Positions 1 to 12,200 of a stretch of DNA of 64,000 nt are shown piece by piece. Numbering within the stretch: position 1 is the first letter of the stretch; each line of letters begins with the position of its first letter. Origin of the DNA: Malacoraja senta. Lineage: Eukaryota. The position numbers were made by a program, and so were the translations under genes. The stretch covers positions 186,001 to 250,000 of the forward strand of contig JAXLNO010000620.1 of the NCBI GenBank assembly GCA_038087875.1, given 5' to 3'. The notes under the pieces were generated by a model. That model was not told where the DNA came from. It did not search any database and saw only the letters and a list, made by a program, of their open reading frames with translations.

Positions 1-223
1 TCCTCTCATGATTTTATACACCTCCATAAGATCTCCCCTCATCCTCCTGCGCTCCAAGAAATAAAGACCCAGCCTACTCAAGCTCTCCCTTTGGATCAGA
101 CCCTCTAGTCCTGGGGACTATTGCCTACTATTGATGGGAAGCTGCTGAATGTGTGTGGACTGTATCTCCCAGCGGTCCCGTCCCTGCTCCGTACATTCTC
201 TAACTCTGTCTCTTTCCATTCAG

Positions 224-3200
224 AGGCCGGCACGGATACGGAGAACTGAGGGTGAAACGTTCATCTAGCATGTGAGTGAGGTGGGCCCGGTCTGGGGGGG
301 GTGTGAACGGACAGAGAGGGGTTGGGGGTGGGAGAGAGGGGAGGGGGCAGAGATGGTGCGGTGAGGGGTGCTGGGGTGGGAGTGGGAGGTGGGAGAGGTG
401 GAGATTTCAAGTGAGGGGCCGCTGGAGGACGAACGTTCCCTAATTCTTTGTCTCCTTCCCCGTCTGGGACAGAAGTACCAGTGTAGATGCGTCAGATGTG
501 TTGGGGTGAGTGTGAGCTGGGACCTCGTGTGTGTGTGTGCGACCGGGGTGGGCAATGGACACAAGGTACCGCAGTGTCATCCAACGTAGAACAGTACAGC
601 ACGGGAACAGGCCCTTCGGCCCACCATGTCCGTGCTGAACACGACGCCAAGTTCATCTCCTCTGCCTGCATGTGATCCATATCCCTCCATTCCCTGCATA
701 TCTATGTGCCTATCACAAAGCCTCTTAAATGCCTCTATCATATCCACCTCCACCACCACCCCTGGCAGCACATTCCATGCCCTCAGCACCCTCTGTGTAA
801 GAACAATCTGCCCACACATCTCCTTTAAACTTTTCCCCTCTCACCTTAAAACTCTGCACTCTCGACTTTAACAATTCCACCCTGGGAAAAAGGGTTTGAC
901 TATCTCCTCCCACTTTCATGTAATTATATACTTTTATATACTGGTTAGCAAGCAATGTGTTTTGGGACTGGACGAAGCTGGAAAGGGTGAAGAGAAGATT
1001 TATTGCCGTAGTGTGATACAGTGTGGTAACAGGCCCATCAGCACAACTTGCCCACACCGGCCAACATGTCCCAGCTACACTAGTCCCACCTGCCTGCGCT
1101 TGGTCCATATCCCTCCAAACCTGTCCTATCCATGTACCTGTCTAACTGTTTCTTAAACGTTGGGATAGTCCCAGCCTCAACTACCTCCTCTGGCAGCCTG
1201 TTGCATACATCCACCACACATTGTGTGAAAAAGTTACCCCTCAGATTCCTATTAAATCTTTTCCCCTTCATCTTGAACCTACAGTATGTCCTCTGGTCCT
1301 CGATTCCCCTACTCTGTGCAAGAGACTCTGTGCGTCTACCCGATCTATTCCACTCATGATTTTATACACCTCTATAAGATCTCCCCTCATCCTCCTGCGC
1401 TCCAAGGAATAGAGACCCAGCCTACTCAACCTCTCCCTCTAGATCAGACCCCCTAGTCCTGGGGATTTAATCACCTCGATGCTCTTCAAGAGCCCAACGC
1501 CTACTATTGATGGCAAGCTGCTGAATGTTTGTGGACTGTATCTCCCAGCGGTCCCGAAGCTGGAAAGGGTGATGAGAAGATTTTGTGGTGCAGAGCGATA
1601 CAGTGTGGTAACAGTCTCTTCGGCCCAACTTGCCCAGATTTGGTCTCAGAATTCATTCACGTACCTTTAGGAAGGAGATGAGGAGTAGATTCTTTAATCA
1701 GAGGGTGTTGAATCTGTGGATTTTTTTGCCACAGAAGGCTTTGGAGGCTGTCAGTGGATGTATTTAATGCAATTACAGATAGTTTCTTGATTATAATGGG
1801 TGTCAGGGGTTATTGGGAGAAGGCAGGAGAATGGGGTTGAGAAAGATAGATCAGCCATGATTGAATGCTTGAATCAACCTGATGGGCCGAATGGCCTAAT
1901 TCTGCTCCTGTCACTTATGATCTTATTAACGAGAGGGCATAAAATTAAGGTTGACACAAAATGCTGGAGTAACTCAGCGGGTGAGGCAGCATCTCTGGAG
2001 GGAAGGAATGGCCGATGTTTCGGGTCGAGACCCTTCTTCAGACAAAAGATTAAGATGAGAGGGGAAGGATTTAATAGAAGCCTGAGGGGCATCTGAGGGT
2101 CCAGCAATCACGTCTGTCTCCTGTCCCACCCCTCTCCCTCCTCTATTTACTCTGATTATCCCCCCCCCCCCTCTTCACACTCAGTCCTGAGGCAGGGCCT
2201 CGACCGGAAACAACGACCATTCCCTTCGATGGTGGGGAGGTGAGTGTCCGTGATGGACCGGGCATTGTCTCACCCTCTGTGTAGTCTCCCTCGTTGATGG
2301 GCGTTCCAGTCCATGAGTCGGGGGGAGGGGGGGGAGTGGGCTGGGGAATCCGAGTGACGAACGTTCCCTAATTCTTTGTTTCCTTCCCCGTCTGGGACAG
2401 GAGTGCCAGTAACGAAACGTCAGATGCATCTAGGTGAGTGTGAGCTGGGACATCGTGTGTGTGTGTGTGTGTGACCGGGGTGGGAATGGACACAAGGTAC
2501 CGCAGTGTCATGCAACGTAGAACAGTACAGCACGGGACTCTTTAGATTCTGGAGTAGTTCCTGAGGATTGGAGGGTAGCAAACGTAACCCCACTTTTTAA
2601 GAAGGGAGGGAGAGAGAAAACGGGGAATTACAGACCAGTTAGTCTAACATCAGTAGTGGGGAAACTGCTAGAGTCAGTTATTAAAGATGGGATAGCAGCA
2701 CATTTGGAAAGTGGTGAAATCATTGGACAAAGTCAGCATGGATTTACGAAAGGTAAATCGTGTCTGACGAATCTTATAGAATTTTTCGAGGATGTAACTA
2801 GTAGAGTGGATAGGGGAGAACCAGTGGATGTGTTGTATCTGGACTTTCAGAAGGCTTTCGACAAGGTACCACATAAGAGATTAGGATACAAACTTAAATC
2901 ACACGGTATTGGGGGTTCAGTATTGATGTGGATAGAGAACTGGCTGGCAAACAGGAAGCAAAGAGTAGGAGTAAACGGGTCCTTTTCACAATGGCAGGCA
3001 GTGACTAGTGGGGTACCGCAAGGCTCAGTGCTGGGACCCCAGCTATTTACAATTTATATTAATGATCTGGACGAGGGAATTGAAAGCAACATCTCCAAGT
3101 TTGCGGATGACACTAAGCTGGGGGGCAGTGTTAGCTGTGAGGAGGATGCTAGGAGACTGCAAGGTGACTTGGATAGGCTGGGTGAGTGGGCAAATGTTTG

Positions 3201-6200
3201 GCAGATGCAGTATAATGTGGATAAATGTGAGGTTATCCACTTTGGTGGCAAAAACGGGAAGGCAGACTATTATCTAAATGGTGGCCGATTAGGAAATGGG
3301 GAGATGCAGCGAGACCTGGGTGTCATGGTACACCAGTCATTGAAAGTAGGCATGCAGGTGCAGCAGGCAGTGAAGAAAGCGAATGGTATGTTGGCCTTCA
3401 TAGCAAGAGGATTTGAGTATAGGAGCAGGGAGGTTCTACTGCAGTTGTACAGGGTCTTGGTGAGACCACACCTGGAGTATTGCGTACAGTTTTGGTCTCC
3501 AAATCTGAGGAAGGACATTATAGCCATAGAGCGAGTGCAAAGAAGGTTCACCAGACTGATTCCTGGGATGTCAGGACTTTCATATGAAGAAAGACTGGAT
3601 AGAATTGGCTTATACTCGCTAGAATTTAGGAGATTGAGAGGGGATCTTATAGAAACGTACAAAATTCTTATGGGGTTGGACAGGCTAGATGCAGGAAGAT
3701 TGTTCCCGATGTTGGGGAAGTCCAGGACAAGGGGTCACAGCTTAAGGATAAGGGGGAAATCCTTTAAGACCGAGATGAGGAAAAACATTTTCACACAGAG
3801 AGTGGTGAATCTCTGGAACTCTCTGCCACAGAGGGTAGTTGAGGCCAGTTCATTGGCTATATTTAAGAGGGAGTTAGATGTGGCCCTTGTGGCTAAAGGG
3901 ATCAGGTGGTATGGAGAGAAGGCAGGTACGGGATACTGAGTTGGATGATCAGCCATGATCATATTGAATGGCGGTGCAGCTCGAAGGGCCGAATGGCCTA
4001 CTCCTGCACCTATTTTCTATGTATCTATGTATCTATGGCCCTTCAGCCCACCATGTCTGTGCTGAACATGATGCCAATTTCATCTCCTCTGCCTGAACGT
4101 GATCCATATCCCTCCATTCCCTGCATTCCCTGCATATCAATAGACAATAGACAATAGGTGCAGTAGTAGGCCATTCGGCCCTTCGAGCCAGCACCTCTAT
4201 TCAATGTGATCATGGTTGATCATCCACAATTAGTACCCCGTTCCTGCCTTCTCCCCATAATCCCCTGACTCCGCTATCTCCACCGCCCTCGGAGGCAGAG
4301 AATTCCACGGACTCACAACTCTGTGTGAAAAAGTGTTTCCTCATCTCCGGTCTAAATGGCTTATCCCTTATTCTGAAACTGTGGCCCCTGGTTCTGGACT
4401 CCCCCAACATCGGGAACATGTTTCCTGCCTCTAGCGTGTCCAAACCCTTAATAATCTTATATGTTTCAATAAGATTCCCTCTCATCCTTCTAAACTCCAG
4501 AGTATACAAGCCCAGCCGCTCCATTCTCTCAGCATATGACAGTCCCGCCATCCAGGGAATTAAGCTTGTAAACCTACGCTGCACTCCCTCAATAGCAAGA
4601 ATCTCCTTCCTCAAATTAGGGGACCAAAACTGCACACAATACTCTAGGTGTGATCTCACAAGGGCCCTACACAACTGCAGAAGGACCTCTTTGCTCCGAT
4701 ACTCATCTCCTCTTGTTATGAAGGCCAAGATGTCATTCACTTTCCTCATTGCCTGCTGTACCTACATGCTTACTTTCATTGGATGATCAACAAGGACCCC
4801 CAGATCTCGTTGTACTTCCCCTTTTCCCAACGACGCCATTTAGATAATAATCTGCGTTCCTGTTTTTGATACCAAAGTGGATAACCTCACATTTATCCAC
4901 ATTAAACTGCATCTGCCATGCACCTGCTCACTCACCCAACCTGTTCAAGTCACCCTGCATTCTCATAGCATCCTCCTCACAGTTCACACTGCCACCCAGC
5001 TTTGTGTCATCTGCAAATTTGCTCATGTTACTTTGAATTCCTTCCTTTAAATCATTGATGAATCTTGTAAATAGCTGCGGTCCCAGCACCAAGCCTTGCG
5101 GTACCCCACTAGTCACTGCCTGCCATTCTGAAAGGAACCCGTTAATCCCTACTCTTTATTTCCTGGCTGCCAACCAATTTTCTATCCATGTCAGCACTCT
5201 ACCCCCAATACCATGTGCCCTAATTTTGCCCACTAATCTCCTATGTGGGACCTTATCAAATGCTTTCTGAAAGTCCAGGTACACTACATCTACTGGCTCT
5301 CCCTTGTCCATTTTCCTAGTTACATCCTCAAAAAATCCCAGAAGATTAATCAAGCATGATTTCCCCTTCGTAAATCCATGCTGACTCAGAACGATCCTGG
5401 TACTGCTATTCAAATATTTTATAACACGTATCCATGTGCCTATCTCAAAGCCTCTGAAATGCCTCGATCATATCCACCTCCACCACCACCCCTGGCAGCA
5501 CATTCCACGCATTCAGCACCCTCTGTGTTAGAACAATCTGCCCACACATCTCCTTTAAACTTTTCCCCTCTCACCTTAAAACTCTGCACTCTAGACTTTA
5601 ACATTTCCACCCTGAGACAAAGGTTCTGACAATCTCCTTGCACTTTTATGTAATTATATACTTTTATATACTGGCTAGCAAGCAATGAGACCCTGAAGAA
5701 GGGCCTCGACCTGAAACGTCACCATTCCTTCTCTCCAGCATCTTGTGCCTAACTTCGATTTAAACAGCATCCGTAGTTCTCTCCTACAAACCGTACCTTG
5801 TTACACGTGCCTCCTTACACGTGACAATAAAGTAAATTAATTAAGCTTTGATATTAATCTCCCTTAAACAAGTTGATATTATTTAAACTTCTCACTGGGC
5901 GGCCACAGTGGTGCAGCGGTAGAGTTGCTGCCTTACAGCCAGGGGCGGAAATCGCTATCAAAACATGGGGGGGGACACAATGGGGGGTGGCTTCTTGATG
6001 GCCAGGCGCATGCGCACACACATACACACAAACACGCTCGGCTTCGGCCGTGGGTCCTGTGGACGGTAACATTGGGAGCTGACCTGGTTGGTGACCGAAT
6101 CCGAACTCCAGCAACAGCAGCTTCGTCCGCCCTGAATCGTGGGGCTTGAATCGGCCTGTTCGCGGGGCCTTTCATCGCCCGGCGCGGCTTAAAACTGGCC

Positions 6201-9200
6201 TGCGGGGGCTTCAACATCGGGAGCCTCGATCGCCTTAATGGAGCAGTTTGATTTTAAGCCGCGCCGGGCGATGAAAGGCCCCGCGAACGGGCCGATTCAG
6301 CCCTTAGAAAGCGTCTGATACCCGCTTGGATCTTTCAAAAGCTACAATGTGATAAATAACAGTTAAACAAATAAAACTGAAGCAAATAAAAGCAAACAGA
6401 AGAACCAACCTTGGAGGGGGGAAAGAGAGAGCGATGGGAAAAACATACTAAATAACATGAGTAACCGTGAATGAGGGACTTACCTGCAAGCCAGCCAGGA
6501 CACCCGTTCGACCGGATCCCTTAATGACCTAACCCGTTTAAATCCGATACCCATTTAAATCTTTCCCATCCACCAATACATCCAATTAGTTCAAATGGAA
6601 ATTTTACCCACATCAGACAGCTTTAATAAATTCTCCGTGAATACCTTCAGTAATACTTGGTGAAAACATAATTGGTGACACATCGTGTTAATACAATGTT
6701 AATAGTGACATTTAACAAGCGGTTAAAAGTGACACCCTCACTGTCTCGCGGAAAGCAGAGATTTTAATAGATTTTTTTTCACCGAATTTCAAAATCCGGC
6801 TTACAAAACATGGGGGGGATTGTCCCCCACCTCTCAAAATATGGGAGGGACGTGTCCCCCGGGATTTCCGCCCATGCTTACAGTGCTTGCGGCGCCGGTG
6901 ACCCGGGTTTGATCCCGACTACAGGCGCTGTCTGTACGGAGTTGACGTACATTAACTGTCCCTCTGTCTCCCCACTCAGTGACAGCAACTCAGACGAGGA
7001 GGACAGACGCAGACGCTCGGCCGTGGAGGGGTTAGCCGGGGCACTTATGGAGGAGGGGTGAGTGGAAGTGACGCGCTGGGTCCGTGCTGTATGACTCTGT
7101 CACACGCGTGTGAAAGGACATTGGCCACACGGATGTTCAGGGTCACACACAGCTCAGGGTCACGCATGTGTTTTGGGACTGGACGATGCTGGAAAGGGTG
7201 CAGAGAAGATTTAGTGCCGTAGAGTGATACAGTGTGGTAACAGGCCCTTCAGCCCAAATTTCCCACACCGGCCAACATGTCCCAGCTACACTAGCCCCAC
7301 CTGCCTGCGCTTGGTCCATATCCCTCCAAATCTGACCTATCCATGTACCTGTCTAACTGATTCTTATACGTTGGGATAGTCCCAGCCTCTGGCAGCTTGT
7401 TCCATACATCCACCACCCTTTGTGTGAAACAGTTACCCCTCAGATTCCTATCAAATCTTTTCCGCTTCGCCTTGAACCTACAGTATGTCCTCTGGTCCGC
7501 GATTCCACTATTCTGAGCAAGAGATTCTGTTCGTCTACCCGAGCTATTCCTCTCATCATTTTATACACCTCTCTAAGATCACCCCTCATCCTCCTGCGCT
7601 CCAAGAAATAGAGACCCAGCCTACTCAACCTCTCCCTCTAGATTAGACCCTCTAGTCCTGGGGATTTAATCACCTCGATGATCTTCAAGAGCCCAACGCC
7701 TACTATTGATGGCAAGCTGCTGAATGTGTGTGGACTGTATCTCCCAGCGGTCCCGTCCCTGCTCCGTACATTCTCTAACTCTGTCTCTTTCCGTTCAGAG
7801 GCCGGCGCGGACACGGAGGACTGAGGGTGAAACGTTCATCCAGCATGTGAGTGAGGTGGGCCCGGTCTGGGGGGGTGTGAATGGACAGAGAGGGGTTGGG
7901 GGTGGGAGAGAGGGGAGGGAGCAGAGCGGATGCGGTGAGGGGTGCGGGGGTGGGAGGCGGGAAAGGTGAGGATTTCAAGTGAGGGGCCGCTGGAGGACGA
8001 ACGTTCCCTAATTCTTTGTCTCCTTCCCCGTCTGGGACAGAAGTACCAGTGTAGATGCGTCAGATGTGTTGGGGTGAGTGTGAGCTGGGACCTTGTGTGT
8101 GTGTGTGCGACCGGGGTGGGCAATGGATACAAGGTACTGCAGTGTCATCCAACGTAGAACAGTACAGCACGGGAACAGGCCCTTCGGCCCACCATGTCCG
8201 TGCTGAACACGATGCCAAGTTCATTTCCTCTGCCTGCACGTGATCCATATCCCTCCATTCCCTGCATATCCATGTGCCTATTACAAAGCCTCTTAAATGC
8301 CTCTATCATATCCACCTCCACCACCACCCCTGGCAGCACATTCCATGCTCTCAGCACCCTCTGTGTAAGAACAATCTGCCCACACATCTCCTTTAAACTT
8401 TTCCCCTCTCACCTTAAAACTCTGCACTCTAGACTTTAACAATTCAACCCTGGGAAAAAGGGTTTGACTATCTCTTCCCACTTTCATGTAATTATATACT
8501 TTTATATACTGGTTAGCAAGCAATGTGTTTTGGGACTGGACGAAGCTGGAAAGGGTGAAGAGAAGATTTAATGCCGTAGAGTGATACAGTGTGGTAACAG
8601 GCCCATCAGCCCAACTTGCCCACACCGGCCAACATGTCCCAGCTACACTAGTCCCACCTGCCTGCGCTTGGTCCATATCGCTCCAAACCTGTCCTATCCA
8701 TGTACCTGTCTAACTGTTTCTTGAATGTTAGGATAGTCCCAGCCTCAACTACCTCCTCTGGCAGCCTGTTGAATACATCCACCACACATTGCGTGAAAAA
8801 GTTACCCCTCAGATTCCTATTAAATCTTTTCCCCTTCATCTTGAACATACAGTATGCCCTCTGGTCCTCGATACCCCTACTCTGACCAAGAGACTCTGTG
8901 CGTCTAACCGATCTATTCCACTCATGATTTTATACATCTCTATAAGATCTCCCCTCATCCTCCTGCGCTCCAAGGAATAGAGACCCAGCCTACTCAACCT
9001 CTCCCTCTAAATCAGACCCTCTAGTCCTGGGGATTTAATCACCTCGATACTCTTCAAGAGCCCAACGCCTACTATTGATGGCAAGCTGCTGAATGTGTGT
9101 GGACTGTATCTCCCAGCACTCCCGAAGCTGGAAAGTGTGAAGAGAAGATGTTGTGGCGCAGAGCGATACAGTGTGGTAACAGGCTCTTCGGCCCAACTTG

Positions 9201-12200
9201 CGCAGATTTGGTCTCAGAATTCATTCACGTACCTTTAGGAAGGAGATGAGGAGTAGATTCATTAATCAGAGGGTGTTGAATCTGTGGAATTCTTTGCCAC
9301 AGAAGGCTTTGAAGGCCATCAGTGGATGTATTTAATGCAATTACAGATATTTTCTTGATTATAATGGGTGTCAGGGGTTATTGGGAGAAGGCAGGAGAAT
9401 GGGGTTGAGAAAGATCAGACATGATTGAATGCTTGAATCAACCTGATGGGCCGAATGGCCTAATTCTGCTCCTATCACTTATGATCTTATTAACTAGAGG
9501 GCATAAAATTAAGGTTGACACAAAATGCTGGAGTAACTCAGCGGGTGAGGCAGCATCTCTGGAGGGAAGGAATGGGCGATGTTTTGGGTCGAGACCTTTC
9601 TTCAGACAAAAGATTAAGATGAGAGGGGAAGGATTTAATAGAAGCCTGAGGGGCATCTGAGGGTCCAGCAATCACGTCTGTCTCCTGTCCCACCCCTCTC
9701 CCTCCTCTATTTACTCTGACTATCCCCCACCCCTCTCCACATTCAATCCTGAGGCAGGGCCTCGACCGGAATCATCGACCATTCCCTTCGATGGTGGGGA
9801 GGTGAGTGTCCGTGATGGACCGGGCATTGTCTCACCCTCTCTGTAGTCTCCCTCGTTGATGGACGTTCCATTCCACGAGTCGGGGGGAGTGGGCTGGGGA
9901 ATCCGAGTGACGAACATTCCCTAATTCTTTGTTTCCTTCCCCATCTGGGACAGGAGTGCCAGTAACGAAACGTCAGATGCGTCTAGGTGAGTGTGAGCTG
10001 GGACGTCGTGTTTGTGTGTGTGTGTGACCGGGGTGGGAATGGACACAAGGTACCGCAGTGTCATGCAACGTAGAACAGTACAACACGGGAACAGGCCCTT
10101 CAGCCCACCATGAACATGATGCCAATTTCATCTCCTCTGCCTGAACGTGATCCATATCCCTCCATTCCCTGCATTCCCTGCATATCAATAGACAATAGAC
10201 AATAGGTGCAGTAGTAGGCCATTCGGCCCTTCGAGCCAGCACCTCTATTCAATGTGATCATGGCTGATCATCCACAATTAGTACCCCGTTCCTGCCTTCT
10301 CCCCATATCCCCTGACTCCGCTATCTTTAAGAGCCCTATCTAGCTCTCTTTTGAAAGTATCGAGGGAACCGGCCTCCACTGCCCTCGGAGGCAGAGAATT
10401 CCACAGACTCACAACTCTGTGTGAAAAAGTGTTTCCTCATCTCCGGTCTAAATGGCTTATCCCTTATTCTGAAACTGTGGCCCCTGGTTCTGGACTACCC
10501 CAACATCGGGAACATGTTTCCTGCCTCTAGCGTGTCCAAACCCTTAATAATCTTATATGTTTCAATAAGATGCCCTCTCATCCTTCTAAACTTCAGAGTG
10601 TACAATCCCAGCCGCTCCATTCTCTCAGTATATGGCAGTCCCGCCATCCAGGGAATTAACCTTGTAAACCTACGCTGCACTCCCTCAATAGCAAGAATGT
10701 CCTTCCTCAAATTAAGGGACCAAAACTGCACACAATACTCTAGGTGTGATCTCACAAGGGCCCTACACAACTGCATAAGGAACTCTTTGCTCCGATACTC
10801 ATCTCCTCTTGATATGAAGGCCAAGATGTCATTTGCTTTCCTCACTGCCTGCTGTACCTGCATGCTTACTTTCATTGGCTGATGAACAAGGACCCCCAGA
10901 TCTCATTGTACTTCCCCTTTTCCCAACTTGACGCCACTTAGATAATGATCTGCCTTCCTGTTTTTGATACCAAAGTGGATAACCTCACATTTATCCACAT
11001 TAAACTGCATCTGCCATGCATCTGCTCACTCACCCAACCTGTTCAAGTCACCCTGCATTCTCATAGCATCCTCCTCACAGTTCACACTGCCACCCAGCTT
11101 TGTGTCATCTGCAAATTTGCTCATGTTACTTTGAATTCCTTCATCTAAATCATTGATGAATATTGTAAATAGCTGCGGTCCCAGCACCAAGCCTTGCAGT
11201 ACCCCACTAGTCACTGCCTGCCATTTGAAAGGGACCCGTTAATCCCTACTCTTTATTTCCTGTCTGCCAACCAATTTTCTATCCATGTCGGCACCCTACC
11301 CCCAATACCATGTGCCCGAATTTTGCCCACTAATCTCCTATGTGGGACCTTATCAAATGCTTTATGAAAGTCCAGGTGCACTACATCCACTGGCTCTCCC
11401 TTGTCCATTTTCCTAGTTACATCCTCAAAATATTCCAGAAGATTAATCAAGCATGATTTCCCCTTCGTAAATCCATGCTGACTCAGACCGATCCTGTTAC
11501 TGCTATTTAAATATTTTATAACACGTATCCATGTGCCTATCTCAAAGCCTCTGAGATGCCTCTATCATATCCACCTCCACCACCACCCCTGGCAGCACAT
11601 TCCACGCATTCAGCACCCTCTGTGTAAGACCAATCTGCCCACACATCTCCTTTATGCTGCAGCGAGACTCCTGACGGGCACCCGAAAAAGGGACCACATC
11701 ACCCCGATCCTGGCCTCTCTCCACTGGCTCCCTGTGCGGTTCCGTATAAACTTCAAGATCCTCCTCCATGTCTACAAAGCCCTCAATGGGCTTGCCCCCA
11801 CCTACATAAAAAGTCTTCTCACCCACCACTCCACCTCCAGGCCCCTCAGATCGGCCGACTTGGGGTTGCTGAATATCCCACGGTCTAGGGATAAGCTCTG
11901 GGGCGACCGCGCCTTTGCGGTTGCAGCCCCTAGACTGTGGAACAGCATCCCCTTTCCCATCAGAACTGCCCCTCCATCGACTCTTTTAAGGCAAGACTAA
12001 AGACTTATCTATACTCCCAAGCCTTTCCTGACGTCCTCTGAGTGAGGGCTACATGTATATATGTATGTAGTTTGTTTGTTTGTGCTATTCTTATAACAAA
12101 TGTAAAGCACTTTGGCCAACGAGTTGTTCTTTAAATGTGCTACATAAATAAATGTGACTTGACTTTAAACTTTTCCCCTCTCACCTTAAAACTCTGCACT

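Noticed and set aside
5897..5939. tRNA gene
   Set aside because: tRNA-like A-box head of a SINE, interrupted by a transposon; no complete cloverleaf.
6478..6490. Perfect minus-strand donor CAG|GTAAGT in each unit
   Set aside because: It lies inside the hAT-like element with no matching acceptor or open frame; probably a transposon remnant.
6980..7846. Acidic stretch plus RRRR / RVKR as complement C4 or C3 chain junctions
   Set aside because: No anaphylatoxin, thioester or macroglobulin-domain exons are visible and the flanking residues are not recognisable as complement; only the generic convertase motif is shared.
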